DNA of 63,313 nucleotides, the filler included, from Folioceros fuciformis (lineage: Eukaryota), in NCBI GenBank assembly GCA_049999805.1. It is 8 parts of 7 records of this genome, joined end to end, with 100 filler letters (N's around TTAATTAATTAA, not from the genome) between each part and the next. Parts side by side here need not be neighbours in the genome. Positions count along the whole stretch, not along the records: positions 1 to 10,881 come from JBNGIO010005346.1; 7 more parts are not named here. One strand, written 5' to 3'. Positions within the stretch are counted from its first letter, which is position 1. Every line of letters starts with the position of its first letter. A model generated the notes under the pieces. The model did no database searches, was not told the origin of the DNA, and was given only the letters and a program-made list of their open reading frames with translations. A program made the position numbers and the translations under genes. Below are positions 1-9,790 of this stretch, piece after piece.

Positions 1-105
1 ATCTTTGGAGTAGATGGGCTGTTATTCTTATCTTTGGAGTAGATGGGCTGTTATTCTTATCTTTGGAGTAGATGGGCTGTTATTCTTATCTTTGGAGTAG
101 ATGGG
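1..105. repeat. 29-bp tandem repeat (~3.6 copies), cut by the window start
   Basis: Unit ATCTTTGGAGTAGATGGGCTGTTATTCTT repeated three times plus a partial copy. Confidence 0.95.
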
Positions 106-148
106 ACTTTCCATCTCTTTTTTTAGTAATAAAAAAGAGATGGAAAGT
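106..148. repeat. Perfect 18-bp inverted repeat (hairpin, 7-nt loop)
   Basis: ACTTTCCATCTCTTTTTT (106-123) pairs with AAAAAAGAGATGGAAAGT (131-148). Confidence 0.9.
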
Positions 149-521
149 TTACGATAATAAGTGAATCAAAATTCTAAATCCTAGTCGCTAAACTCTCTAA
201 CCATGTTTAGACATCTGTTTAGACATCCCATTTGTTTAAAAAAATATTTAAATGATGTCACCAAGTATATAAAATAACATAAAAATATAGAATAATATAA
301 GAACAAATTTCAGTAGAGTAAGAACAGATTTTCCTACACTGCCAAATCAGCTGGTTAACTAGATTGAGTTTTTCCCATCTTCCGCTTTTCATAAAATCTT
401 CTCATTTTCTCACGTCCATAATTCAAGGCTTCGTAATCTAAACAACAGGCCCTCGTGTTGAACAGTTAGTGGGCTACGTCCCAAGGACTTTGTCGTTGAC
501 AGCCGTCGTGTCTACAAAGTA

Positions 522-617
522 TTCTGAAGACTCTATGCCAGCGACTTGAAGCTCTTCAGGCATGATATGAATGAATGCATGCTTTCAAGGAGTATGGGTG
601 TATTGGATTCAGGTTTG
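522..617 (+). repeat. Left copy of an imperfect ~95-bp direct repeat flanking the PPR gene
   Basis: TTCTGAAGACT..TGCCAGCGACTT.AAGCTCTTCAGGCAT...ATGAATGCATGCTTTCAAGG..TATGGGT...GATTCAGGTTTG recurs at 4618-4709. Confidence 0.9.
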
Positions 618-858
618 CCATCTTTGGCATGTGCCACGGCCAGGTCTCGTGGCACTGAACATGTGAGCGTAGTTGTTGAGTTTCCTAACAAACCATCTCC
701 CCAGTGGCAGCATCCTCCGTGGAACCTTGTGGTGTCCAAGCATGTCAAGGATACACTTGTATTAGTGTGCTGCTGGAGCGTCTGTGCGGTAATTCTCCTT
801 CAGCAACATTCAGGGACTGGAGGAGGAGCTTCCACTTTCCTGACTTCAAAGGACCCAG

Positions 859-3800
859 ATGTCGGCAATTAACAGGCAAGCCATGACATGTAGCAGCCCA
901 GTCCATAGTCATGAGCTCTTATGGCGACAGGTTTTTGGGAGGCGCAGAGTAGGGTGGGATGGTGCTCTAAATGTGGAGATGGATTGTCGTGCCTTGGAAG
1001 CCGAATGGAACTTGCACGATGATCCTGACCTTGGCAGGCCTGCCGGTTACGAAAAGGCGGTAAAGGCTCAAACTGTGCTGAATTTATGTCATCAGGGCAG
1101 TCTCAGCGATGCTGTTGAGGCTCTGGGAGTTGTTGTGCAGACAGGCTGTCGTATTTCCAAATCTGTCTTTTATGTCGTGCTGAAGAGATGTGTAGCCGAG
1201 AAGGACCTCGCGCTGGGACGTCGGGTGCATGCGCTCTCGGTGATGCACGGGTATGGATCGGACACGTTCCTGTGCAATCACCTTCTGCGAATGTATGCTT
1301 CTTATGGCAGGTTACAAGATGCGATGGATGTGTTCACCACGGTTGCCAAACCGGACACCTTCATGTGGTCCTCCATAATTTTTGTCCACGTTAAGCGGGG
1401 AGAGGACAAGCAGGCCATCGACTTGTACCATAGGATGCGCAATTCAGGTTTGGAGCCGGATGGTCACGTGTTTGTGGCAGCTCTTCAGGCTTGTGCGATG
1501 GGTCCGCATCTGCAGACTGGGCAGCAGGTGCACGCAGATGTGTTGGTGGGTGGATTTGGGGACGATCTGTTTGTCTGTAACAGCTTGGTGGACATGTATG
1601 CGAAGTGTGGCAGTTTAGAGGCTGCTCAGCGTGTGTTTGATGGACTTGGTGAAAAGAATGTGGTAACGTGGAATGCTTTGATAGCAGGATATTCGCAGCA
1701 TAGAAAGGGCCAAGAAGCCATTCGTCTGTACCATGTTATGCAAGATGATGGCATCATTGCACCCGATTCTGTGACATTCTTGTGCCTCCTCCAGGCTTGT
1801 GCAAGTGTGGGCAGCTTGGCGTTGGAGGTGGGGCAGCAGCTTCATGCGCAAATTAGAGCACGAGGATATGAAGCTGACGTGTTTGTAGCCAACAGTCTCG
1901 TAAACATGTATGCAAAATGCGGTAGCTTTGTGGCGGCTCGAACAGTGTTTGACAAGCTTCGTCAAAAAGATGTAGTAACATGGAATGCCATGATAGCAGG
2001 GTATTCCCAGCATGGGATGGGCAAGGACGCCCTTTGTCTGTACAGAGAAATGCAAATTGAAGGCACCATGGCCCCCGATGCTGTAACATTTGTGTGCCTA
2101 CTACAGGCATGTGCAGGAATGGGCAAGCCAGCTTTGGAGAAGGGGAAACAGATCCATGCGCACATTAGTGAACAAGGACATCAAGCTGATGTCACTGTGG
2201 CTGGCAGTTTGGTCAACATGTATGCAAAGTGTGGCAGCCTCGCCGATGCTCAGAGAGTTTTTGACAGACTTGGTAAAAAATCCGTGGTGACCTGGACTGC
2301 TCTGATTGCAGGGTATTCTCAGCAGGGCATGGGTCAGGAAGCCCTTCATCTTTACAGGTCTATGCGAGAGGGGGCCATGGCCATACCCAATTCGGTGACA
2401 TTCGTGTGTTTGCTGCAGGCATGTGCATGCATTGGCACCCTGGCTTTGGAGAAAGGTAAGCAGCTTCATGCAGAAGCCATAGAACGAGGATTCCAAGCTG
2501 ACGTCACTGTAGCCAATAGTTTGGTCAACATGTATGCAAAGTGCGGCAGCTTAGAAGATGCTCGTGGAGTGTTTGACAGAATTTTGCAAAAAGATGTGGT
2601 TACATGGAATGCCATGATAGCAGGGTACTCCCAGCAGGGCATGGGCCAGGATGCTCTTTATCTTTACAGAGAGATGCAAGATGAAGGCACCCTTGCTGAT
2701 CCTGTGACATATGCGTTGCTCTTGCAGGCATGTGGAAGTGTGGGCAACCCAGCGTTGGAGACCGGGAAGCAGCTACATGTGCAAATTAGACAACGAGGAC
2801 ACGAGGACAATGTACTTGTAGCCAACAGTTTAGTAAACATGTATGCAAAGTGTGGCAGCCTGGAGGATGCTCGTAGACTCTTCGATGGACTTGTTCAAAA
2901 AGATGTGGTGACGTGGAATGCCGTGATATCAGGCTATTTGCAACGGGGCATGGGTCAGGCAGCCCTTCAACTCTACAGAGCCATGCAAGAGGAAGGCATG
3001 GCTGTACCCAATTCAATAACTTATGTTTGCCTCTTGCAGGCATGTGCAACGATTGGCACCCCAGCTTTGGGAAAGGGGATACACCTTCATGAGGAAATTA
3101 GAGGACAAGTACATGAAACTGATGCATTTGTAGCCAACAGCTTGGTAAACATGTATGCAAAGTGCGGCAGCTTGGAAGATGCACAGAGAGTGTTTGACGG
3201 ACTTGGTGAAAAAGATGTCCCGACATGGAATGCCATGATAGCAGGTTATTCCCAGCAGGGAATGGGCCAGGAAGCCCTTCGTCTATACAGTGCAATGCAG
3301 CAAGATAGCATGGCGGTCCCTGATAGTGTAACATTTGTGTGCCTCCTGCAGGCATGTGCAAGTGTGGGCATTCCAGCTTTGGAGAGGGGGAAGGAGCTTC
3401 ATCTGCAGATTCGAGACCAAGGACATGAAGCTGATGAGTTCGTAGCCAACAGTCTGGTGGACATGTATGCCAAGTGCGGCAGCCTCAAGGATGCTCAGAG
3501 CATGTTCGATGAACTTGATTACAAAAGCGTGGTGACATGGACTGCCATGATAGCAGGGTATACCCAGCAGGGCAAGGGCCAGGAAGCCCTTCTTCTGTAC
3601 AAGGCTATGCGTGAAGAAGGTATCGCTGTGCCTAATTCGGTGACCTTCGTGTGCCTTTTGAAGGCATGTGCAGATGATGCAGCTCTCCATCTGGGAAGGA
3701 AGCTGCATTCACAAATCGAAGAACAAGGGCTACAGTCGGAAGTGTCTGTGGCTGCCAGTTTGATAAATATGTACGGAAAGTCCGGGAGCATGATTGATGC

Positions 3801-4467
3801 ACAGCACGTGTTTGATACATTAGCCGAAAGAGACGTTGCCACCTGGAATGCACTGATCGCAGGATACACCTGTCAAGGTGACAGCGAAGTTGTGTTTTGC
3901 TTGCTGGAGAGAATGACGGAGGATGGCATAGAGCCGGTCGGCATCACATTCCTCAGTGTGCTCACAGCGTGCAGTCATGCAGGTCTAGTGGACAAAGGAA
4001 GGGAGTACTTCGAAGGTATGAGCAGAGACCACAGCGTCACACCCACAGTGGAACACTACACATGCTTGGTGGATCTCCTGGGCCGCGCAGGCCGACTGGA
4101 TGAGGCACTCGCTCTGGTGAGGACAGTGTCTGTACTTCCCAATGCTGCAATTTGGCATACCCTCTTGGGTGCCTGCCGGAAGTGGACCAACGTGGGCGTC
4201 GGATGCCATGCCTTTACTGAAGCAATGAAGTTAGACAGTCAAGATGCTGCAGCATACTTGTTGATGTCAAACATATACACCGGTGCGAGGATGTGGGAGC
4301 AGGCCCATGAGCTGCACGCCAGGAGAGTAAGAGTCAGGGCATGGAAGCAGCCAGGACAGAGCTGGTGGACAGACTTGGACGGATTGATGCACATTTTTGT
4401 TGCTGGCGACAGGAAGCATCCCAGGAGTCAAGCAGGGCTGGATCTGGCACCTACTCTCGAAAGCTAA
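859..4467 (+). CDS. PLS-class pentatricopeptide repeat protein (organellar RNA-editing-factor type): ~29 PPR motifs, E1, E2, WW-type PG box, DYW deaminase core absent
   Basis: Intronless 1202-aa ORF. It has repeated P (VVTWNAMIAGY), L (VTFVCLLQAC) and S (ANSLVNMYAKCGS) motifs and a terminal P2-L2-S2 (ITFLSVLTACSHAG; EHYTCLVDLLGRAG). E1/E2 follow, then KQPGQSWWTD..HIFVAGDRKHP and a stop, with no HxE/CxxC. Confidence 0.95.
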   Translation: MSAINRQAMTCSSPVHSHELLWRQVFGRRRVGWDGALNVEMDCRALEAEWNLHDDPDLGRPAGYEKAVKAQTVLNLCHQGSLSDAVEALGVVVQTGCRISKSVFYVVLKRCVAEKDLALGRRVHALSVMHGYGSDTFLCNHLLRMYASYGRLQDAMDVFTTVAKPDTFMWSSIIFVHVKRGEDKQAIDLYHRMRNSGLEPDGHVFVAALQACAMGPHLQTGQQVHADVLVGGFGDDLFVCNSLVDMYAKCGSLEAAQRVFDGLGEKNVVTWNALIAGYSQHRKGQEAIRLYHVMQDDGIIAPDSVTFLCLLQACASVGSLALEVGQQLHAQIRARGYEADVFVANSLVNMYAKCGSFVAARTVFDKLRQKDVVTWNAMIAGYSQHGMGKDALCLYREMQIEGTMAPDAVTFVCLLQACAGMGKPALEKGKQIHAHISEQGHQADVTVAGSLVNMYAKCGSLADAQRVFDRLGKKSVVTWTALIAGYSQQGMGQEALHLYRSMREGAMAIPNSVTFVCLLQACACIGTLALEKGKQLHAEAIERGFQADVTVANSLVNMYAKCGSLEDARGVFDRILQKDVVTWNAMIAGYSQQGMGQDALYLYREMQDEGTLADPVTYALLLQACGSVGNPALETGKQLHVQIRQRGHEDNVLVANSLVNMYAKCGSLEDARRLFDGLVQKDVVTWNAVISGYLQRGMGQAALQLYRAMQEEGMAVPNSITYVCLLQACATIGTPALGKGIHLHEEIRGQVHETDAFVANSLVNMYAKCGSLEDAQRVFDGLGEKDVPTWNAMIAGYSQQGMGQEALRLYSAMQQDSMAVPDSVTFVCLLQACASVGIPALERGKELHLQIRDQGHEADEFVANSLVDMYAKCGSLKDAQSMFDELDYKSVVTWTAMIAGYTQQGKGQEALLLYKAMREEGIAVPNSVTFVCLLKACADDAALHLGRKLHSQIEEQGLQSEVSVAASLINMYGKSGSMIDAQHVFDTLAERDVATWNALIAGYTCQGDSEVVFCLLERMTEDGIEPVGITFLSVLTACSHAGLVDKGREYFEGMSRDHSVTPTVEHYTCLVDLLGRAGRLDEALALVRTVSVLPNAAIWHTLLGACRKWTNVGVGCHAFTEAMKLDSQDAAAYLLMSNIYTGARMWEQAHELHARRVRVRAWKQPGQSWWTDLDGLMHIFVAGDRKHPRSQAGLDLAPTLES

Positions 4468-4613
4468 ATAATTGTGTGGACTCCCATCAATGACTGCCAT
4501 CAACGACAGTTTTGTTGTTGGCGACAGGAAGCATCCCAGGAGTCAAGCAAGGCTGGCTCTGGCACCTACTCTCGAAAGTTAAATAATTGTGTGGACTCCC
4601 ATCAATGACTGCC
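4395..4613 (+). repeat. Tandem duplication (2 x 104 bp, period 115) spanning the PPR C-terminus and stop codon
   Basis: 4395-4498 and 4510-4613 are near-identical (TTTTGTTG.TGGCGACAGGAAGCATCCCAGG...ATCAATGACTGCC). Confidence 0.95.
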
Positions 4614-4617
4614 GATG

Positions 4618-4709
4618 TTCTGAAGACTGCGTGCCAGCGACTTAAAGCTCTTCAGGCATCAAATGAATGCATGCTTTCAAGGCTTATGGGTATAGGAGAT
4701 TCAGGTTTG
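4618..4709 (+). repeat. Right copy of the direct repeat flanking the PPR gene
   Basis: Aligns by eye with 522-617. Confidence 0.9.
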
Positions 4710-5357
4710 AAAGAACCATATTGTACATTGCCACATCGATAAGAATGTCACATGCATAAGCCTGCAGGAGGCACACGAGCAGGAATGGAACAATCCGTGC
4801 AGGAGGCTCAAGTGGTAAAAAGTGCCTGTGAGGTGATTACCTCCCAGGCACCTCAACAAGGGTTTCTCCCCCTAGCCTTAGGGTTAGGGTTTACCAAGTC
4901 TCTATTACTCCAGAGATCTGCGCCTGAATCACCTCCCGTCAGGCGACGTGCCTAAACATCTGAACCTCGCTGTCAACGACAGCAAGCGGGCTGGTGCCTG
5001 TCCCAGCCTGGGCCAGTACGCGAGCGCGTGTTTTGTTTGATTCATCTCATCATGGGATCGAGTGTTGTGGTTGCCGCGGTGCGGTGCATGCACTGTACAG
5101 GAAGTTCCCTTCCGAGGCCAGACGGACGAAGCCACGCGCAGGCCCGCACTGGACGGATTGATTGTTCCATTGCTGCAGACTGAATTCTTTCATTCACTTC
5201 ATGTTCTGTACTTTGCGGTCCACAATCAAATGGAGAACCGCATCTTGCTAGTGGATTCGCAGTTGGCCTAAGACTATGCACACCATCTTCTCTTTCGAAC
5301 GCAGAATCGCTCCAGGTCACCTCTGTGGCCCAGCAGAAAATTGATACAGGCCGTATC

Positions 5358-5482
5358 GATACGGGCGCAAGTCCGGATCAAGGCACTATCGATACTGCCT
5401 TGTATGGATACGGGCGCAAGTTCGGATCAAGGCACTATCGATACTGCCTTGTATGGATACGGGCGCAAGTCCGGATCAAGGC
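5358..5482. repeat. 49-bp tandem repeat (~2.6 copies) with an internal palindrome
   Basis: Units start at 5358, 5407 and 5456. Each full unit contains CAAGGCA-C-TATCGATA-C-TGCCTTG. Confidence 0.9.
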
Positions 5483-5546
5483 TCGGAACTATTGCAAGTA
5501 CAGGACCAAGAGGGTGGTTAAAATTTAACCAAGAGGATTTCCATGA

Positions 5547-5674
5547 CGACCACAATGGGATTCGAACCCACGACCTTTGGATCCGAAGTCCAACGCGCTA
5601 ATCCACTGCGCTATGCGNNNNNNNNNNCCTTTGGATCCGAAGTCCAACGCGCTAATCCACTGCGCTATGCGGTC
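5547..5674 (-). tRNA. tRNA-Arg(UCG), interrupted by a 10-N assembly gap with duplicated overlap
   Basis: Merging the overlap gives GACCGCATAGCGCAGTGGATTAGCGCGTTGGACTTCGGATCCAAAGGTCGTGGGTTCGAATCCCATTGTGGTCG. It has acceptor stem GACCGCA/TGTGGTC, anticodon stem TTGGA/TCCAA with TCG in the loop, and a GTTCGAATC T-loop. Confidence 0.93.
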
Positions 5675-6403
5675 GCTGGATATGACTACCACAATGGACA
5701 CTACGATTTTTAATAAGTTTTTATTTAATTTTATCTCTTTCTCTTCGATAACTACCAAGTCCGGAATAGTACCTTTTTTTGTCTTCGTGACAATCAGACC
5801 TCCGGATTGTTGGTGGAAGTTTGTTGACAGTCCGCTCTGTGCTCTTCTCAAGCTGCACCTAGCGGCTTCTGTTTGCTTCGTCCCAGAGAGGGAAGCCCTC
5901 AAGTCGCCGATTGCGTGCCTGAGTACGGGAATAGCTCTCACTATGTATGGGTGAGCGATGTTCATTGATGGTCAATTCGTTTGATGACCAGGAGGATCAG
6001 GTACTGTGGCAAGGTGCTCACATTTCCTTGAGAAGCGAGTGGAAGGAGAGATAGAGGGGTGTTTTTCCTCTGACGCTAGAGAAGACCGAAAATTGTTGTT
6101 TGAAGGCGAGGAGGGACATTGTGAGAATTGAAGCTTTTGGATGGAAGTGGTGTGAGAAGTGTTGCAAGCGGAACGCTCCGAGAAGGCTCACCTTTCATGT
6201 TCACATTTTCATGTCTCTGAAAGTATGGTACTTGGCCTGAGCTAGAGTCTGTTTTTAGTGTCACGTTTGAGGCAAGGTGAGTGTCATTCCACGTAGTTGT
6301 GCCCGGGAGATGAGAGACTGTGTTCTTTTCTTGTGGATTTTTCATCTAAGCAAGATCCCCGCAAATTCACACGCCGTTGGCAGACAAGGAGAATTGTCCT
6401 ACC

Positions 6404-8229
6404 ATGGCGGCCTCGCAAAAACTACCGCTATCGCCTTGCGTACGCTTCTCAGGTGATGCCCGCTGTGACAGGACATTTTCTGCAGCATTTGTTCTGCGGA
6501 ACACCGTAGGGGAGCACCAGAGATTGTGCTTGCGTCCCTCTCATAACGAGGGACAAGCTAAGCTATTTGAGAAAGGGCGGAGTGGCCACCGAGCTAGAGA
6601 ACATGGATGGATTCCCTCTGGTGTTGAATCGCTCCAGAATCCGGTAGTGGTGACAGAAGTGGACTCGGAAGATGAATCTTCTGGGAATCTTGAGTCGCAG
6701 GGAAGAGTTGATCGTACGGTATCGTACATTGGCTATGGTGCAGTGCTGAGGAATGAATCAGTGTACCGTGAGCGTTTTGTTGTCCGCTTTTCGGAGGTTG
6801 GAGCCAATGGGACTGCTTCCTTGGAGATGCTCTCGTCTTTATTGCAGGTGAGCAAATTTGATGTACCACTTGTTGTTTATAGCTGTCTCCTGCTTCTCGT
6901 GGTAACTACTAGTACTCACTGTGGGAACTGGGCAGGAAGCTGCTTGCAATCATGTCCTGGCAATGGACTACGGAGTGTTCCCAGGAAGAAGTGAGAAAAA
7001 GCTGATCACTGTGACCACTCGCATGCACATTGAAGTCGATCGATATCCTGCTTGGTAATATAGATTTCTCTCCCTCTCCAGAGCTGGAACCCCAACATTG
7101 CGCACAACCGACCTTGGCACTTAGTGCCCCTTGCCCTTCTGTTTGTATGGCAGGCGAGACCTTTTGGAGGTAGATACCTGGTTTCAGACTGAAGGGAGGA
7201 ATGCAGTACGAAGAGATTGGACTGTGAAAGATGTGAAAACTGGAAATATAATTGCAGTGGCTACAAGGTGAGGAAGGGAAGCCTGCCAGGCAGTCTTTCT
7301 CTCAATGCTCAAGTATATGTTTGACAGCGACGTTACTCGTCTACCTGCCTTTAGTCGGGTTCTCTGCATGCAGTCATGGTACAATCTAACGGAATTGTAT
7401 GTTCCCTGACATGTCAGCAAGTGGGTTCTGATGAATGTGGAGACAAAGCGACTTTCCAAGTTGACAGACGATGTGCGGGAGGAGATTGAACCGCATGTCA
7501 AGGATCCCCCGAGGTAACTATCCACTGCATACCCCACGTGCTTCAGAATGACTTTGGTAATCGGTCTCCCCTTACCCCAGAGTTCCACAAAGATTGCGAG
7601 ACTCCCTCCATGTACCGTGATGTCTTTTCAGATGGGCTCTATCGGAAGATAGAGTGCAGGCAAGCTCATCAAAGATTCCTAAGCTAGACAGTAATGCAGA
7701 GCTTTGCAAGTCAGGACTTTCGGTGGGTTTGTTTTGCTTTTCCTTAACTGTGTCTCTGATACACGTACTTACTGTGCTTCAACGAGTTCATCTGGTCTTT
7801 GCAGCCATGCAGCAAAGATCTGGATATGAACCAGCATGTCAACAATGTTCGTTACATCAGTTGGATGCTAGAGGCGAGTGATCTGAGTACAAAATTACAG
7901 TGCTGTCACTATCGTTGTTTCTGTCTCATTTATTATAGAGCGTGGATCTTCTCTGACATACGCAGAGCATAGGCGATACGATTAAGACAAAGTACGAAGT
8001 GAGCAAGATAACTCTGGAGTACCGTCGGGAAGCATCGGTGGGAGATGTCATTGAGTCCCTCGCCAGTTCTGAGCGCACAATTCAATCAGCTGGCCAAGAT
8101 AGTGATGGTCACTGCAATTCAGGACAGCCCTTGCATCTGAACTACATTCACTTGTTGAGAACCCTGAACGGTGACAACGAGATCAACAGGGGTCGAACTG
8201 TTTGGAGACTACAGGACAAAGCTTGCTAG
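6404..8229 (+). CDS. Plastid acyl-ACP thioesterase (FatA/FatB family), 7 exons
   Basis: Spliced translation gives YRERFVVRFSEVG..LLQ|EAACNH..RMHIEVDRYPAW..RRDW..ATS|KWVLMN.ETKRLSK..DLDMNQHVNNVRYISWMLE|S..ITLEYRRE..HLLR..EINRGRTVW. The N-terminus is transit-peptide-like. Confidence 0.92.
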
Positions 8230-8719
8230 CCGTGGCTACCTGTAAACTTGGTAGTTTGGGCATAAGTTGTTGAAATCGGCAGGATACTTGTGGCGTGTAG
8301 CTCACCCGGCTTTCTCTGAGAAAAAAAATCCCTGTCACATGCAATGCACCAGCTCCAGGAATGCTTCTGGTATATGCTTCCGTTCATCTCATGCACCGCC
8401 CCACATTGCGTTGGTTTCCTGGTTAAGAAAGCTGACCAGATTCAATCAAGGTTGTTTTGCGATGAGACCTAAGGACCTGTGAGACAAGGAAGTGGCTCTC
8501 ACAAGGTCTCGGTCCACAGAAAGGGCGGATAATGTGAGAAGGCAGTTATTCCCTTTTTTTGAAAGTATACAGCAATGCCTGTGCGTGCTCAACAGGACCG
8601 GAGGTAAGATGGCAGTTAACGTCTTTGATTATTACAGGTGACAAATTCATCGTGACTCACAAATCATGCTTCTGTTCAGCAAGTGTGAATTTATTGCAGG
8701 AACAGCTTGAATTCGGCTT

Positions 8720-9064
8720 TCACCAGAGCATCACTGCAAACCTGGAGCTGCACTTAGGCTTGCTGGGAGAGGTGTGTGGTTGTGGCCTCCGTTTCCGCCA
8801 TTGAAAGAGCTCGGGCGGAACTAGATACGCTGGCACCAGGTAATACATCTCCCCAGGTTTAAGGAACTCCTCCGCAGCCAAGATATCTTGCGGCCTTCTA
8901 TGGGCTGACGGAGATCCGACGTAGTATTGGGGGTAACGGAGCATGACCTGGGCCACTTGCATCGGCCTGGAGAAAGGCTCTACAAGACCGTCAGGATGCA
9001 CCAGCCTCCCCGCTGGGCCCAGTGCGCAATCTCCCAGAATCCTATTACCCACTGCATTCCCCAT
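8720..9064 (-). CDS. DUF4228 (PADRE) domain small protein
   Basis: 114 aa with an MGN start (myristoylation-type), LVHPDGLVEPFSRPMQVAQVM and ILAAEEFLKPGEMYYLVP, matching the DUF4228 pattern. Confidence 0.8.
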   Translation of the reverse strand: MGNAVGNRILGDCALGPAGRLVHPDGLVEPFSRPMQVAQVMLRYPQYYVGSPSAHRRPQDILAAEEFLKPGEMYYLVPAYLVPPELFQWRKRRPQPHTSPSKPKCSSRFAVMLW

Positions 9065-9790
9065 ATCTACCTGACTTCGACACAGACCACAGCCGCTGTT
9101 TCCTTCCTTCCGGAACCGAAGATGAGAGTCCCGGGCCTACTCCACAGGCAATTTGTCACAAGGCAGATCTGTTACGCATCGAGATCAACTGCCAAGAAGT
9201 GCCTCCAACAGTCGCACCAACTGTATGCTGAATTGCTTTTGCAGAAGTTCCGCCTTGAAAGTCTGGGACGTCGAGAGATGCAGGACCTTAGTGACCATTC
9301 AACTAGCAGGAACGTGGACGACAGACTTTCCGGCAGCAGTCCAAGCACAAGCTCTACAAACTGCAGGACTCCGCCCGCCTCCTGCTTCTGCTTCCTTGCC
9401 ATATGAAGACTGAGGATGCACTGTAGGGCCATCCTCCTCTCCTTGGAAGAGCCTTGCAACTTCTCGGGCGTCAAAACCAGGGAATGCCGACGGCGTAAAA
9501 TGTGTTCGAATCTATTGTTTTGTGCTTTATTCCACCTGCCTCTCCTAGCACTACTGCAAGGTATGCATGCACCTGCAACAGCATACATGCACCAGCCGCG
9601 GGATAGTAGATAGTAAAAGCAAGCAGGATACGACAGTGGATTTATGATTTTTTCATTCTCATTGCCATATTTCAAGTACATACATTGTATTATGACGGAG
9701 GTTGCCCTTTGTTAGAGGATAATTGCTGTTCGTATAGGTCATTTGATGTCTTCGGTCTTTTGTGAAGATGTTTAGCTCAAGTTAAACAAG

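Noticed and set aside
4340..4467. U-to-C (KP-type, GRP/DRH) editing factor
   Set aside because: The motif is PGQSWW rather than KPAxA, and no catalytic domain is present.
5358..5482. CRISPR-like palindromic repeat array
   Set aside because: The spacers are near-identical, there are no cas genes and the context is eukaryotic.
5575..5674. Apparent split or duplicated tRNA-Arg
   Set aside because: The same ~43 bp flank both sides of a 10-N gap, indicating an unmerged assembly overlap.
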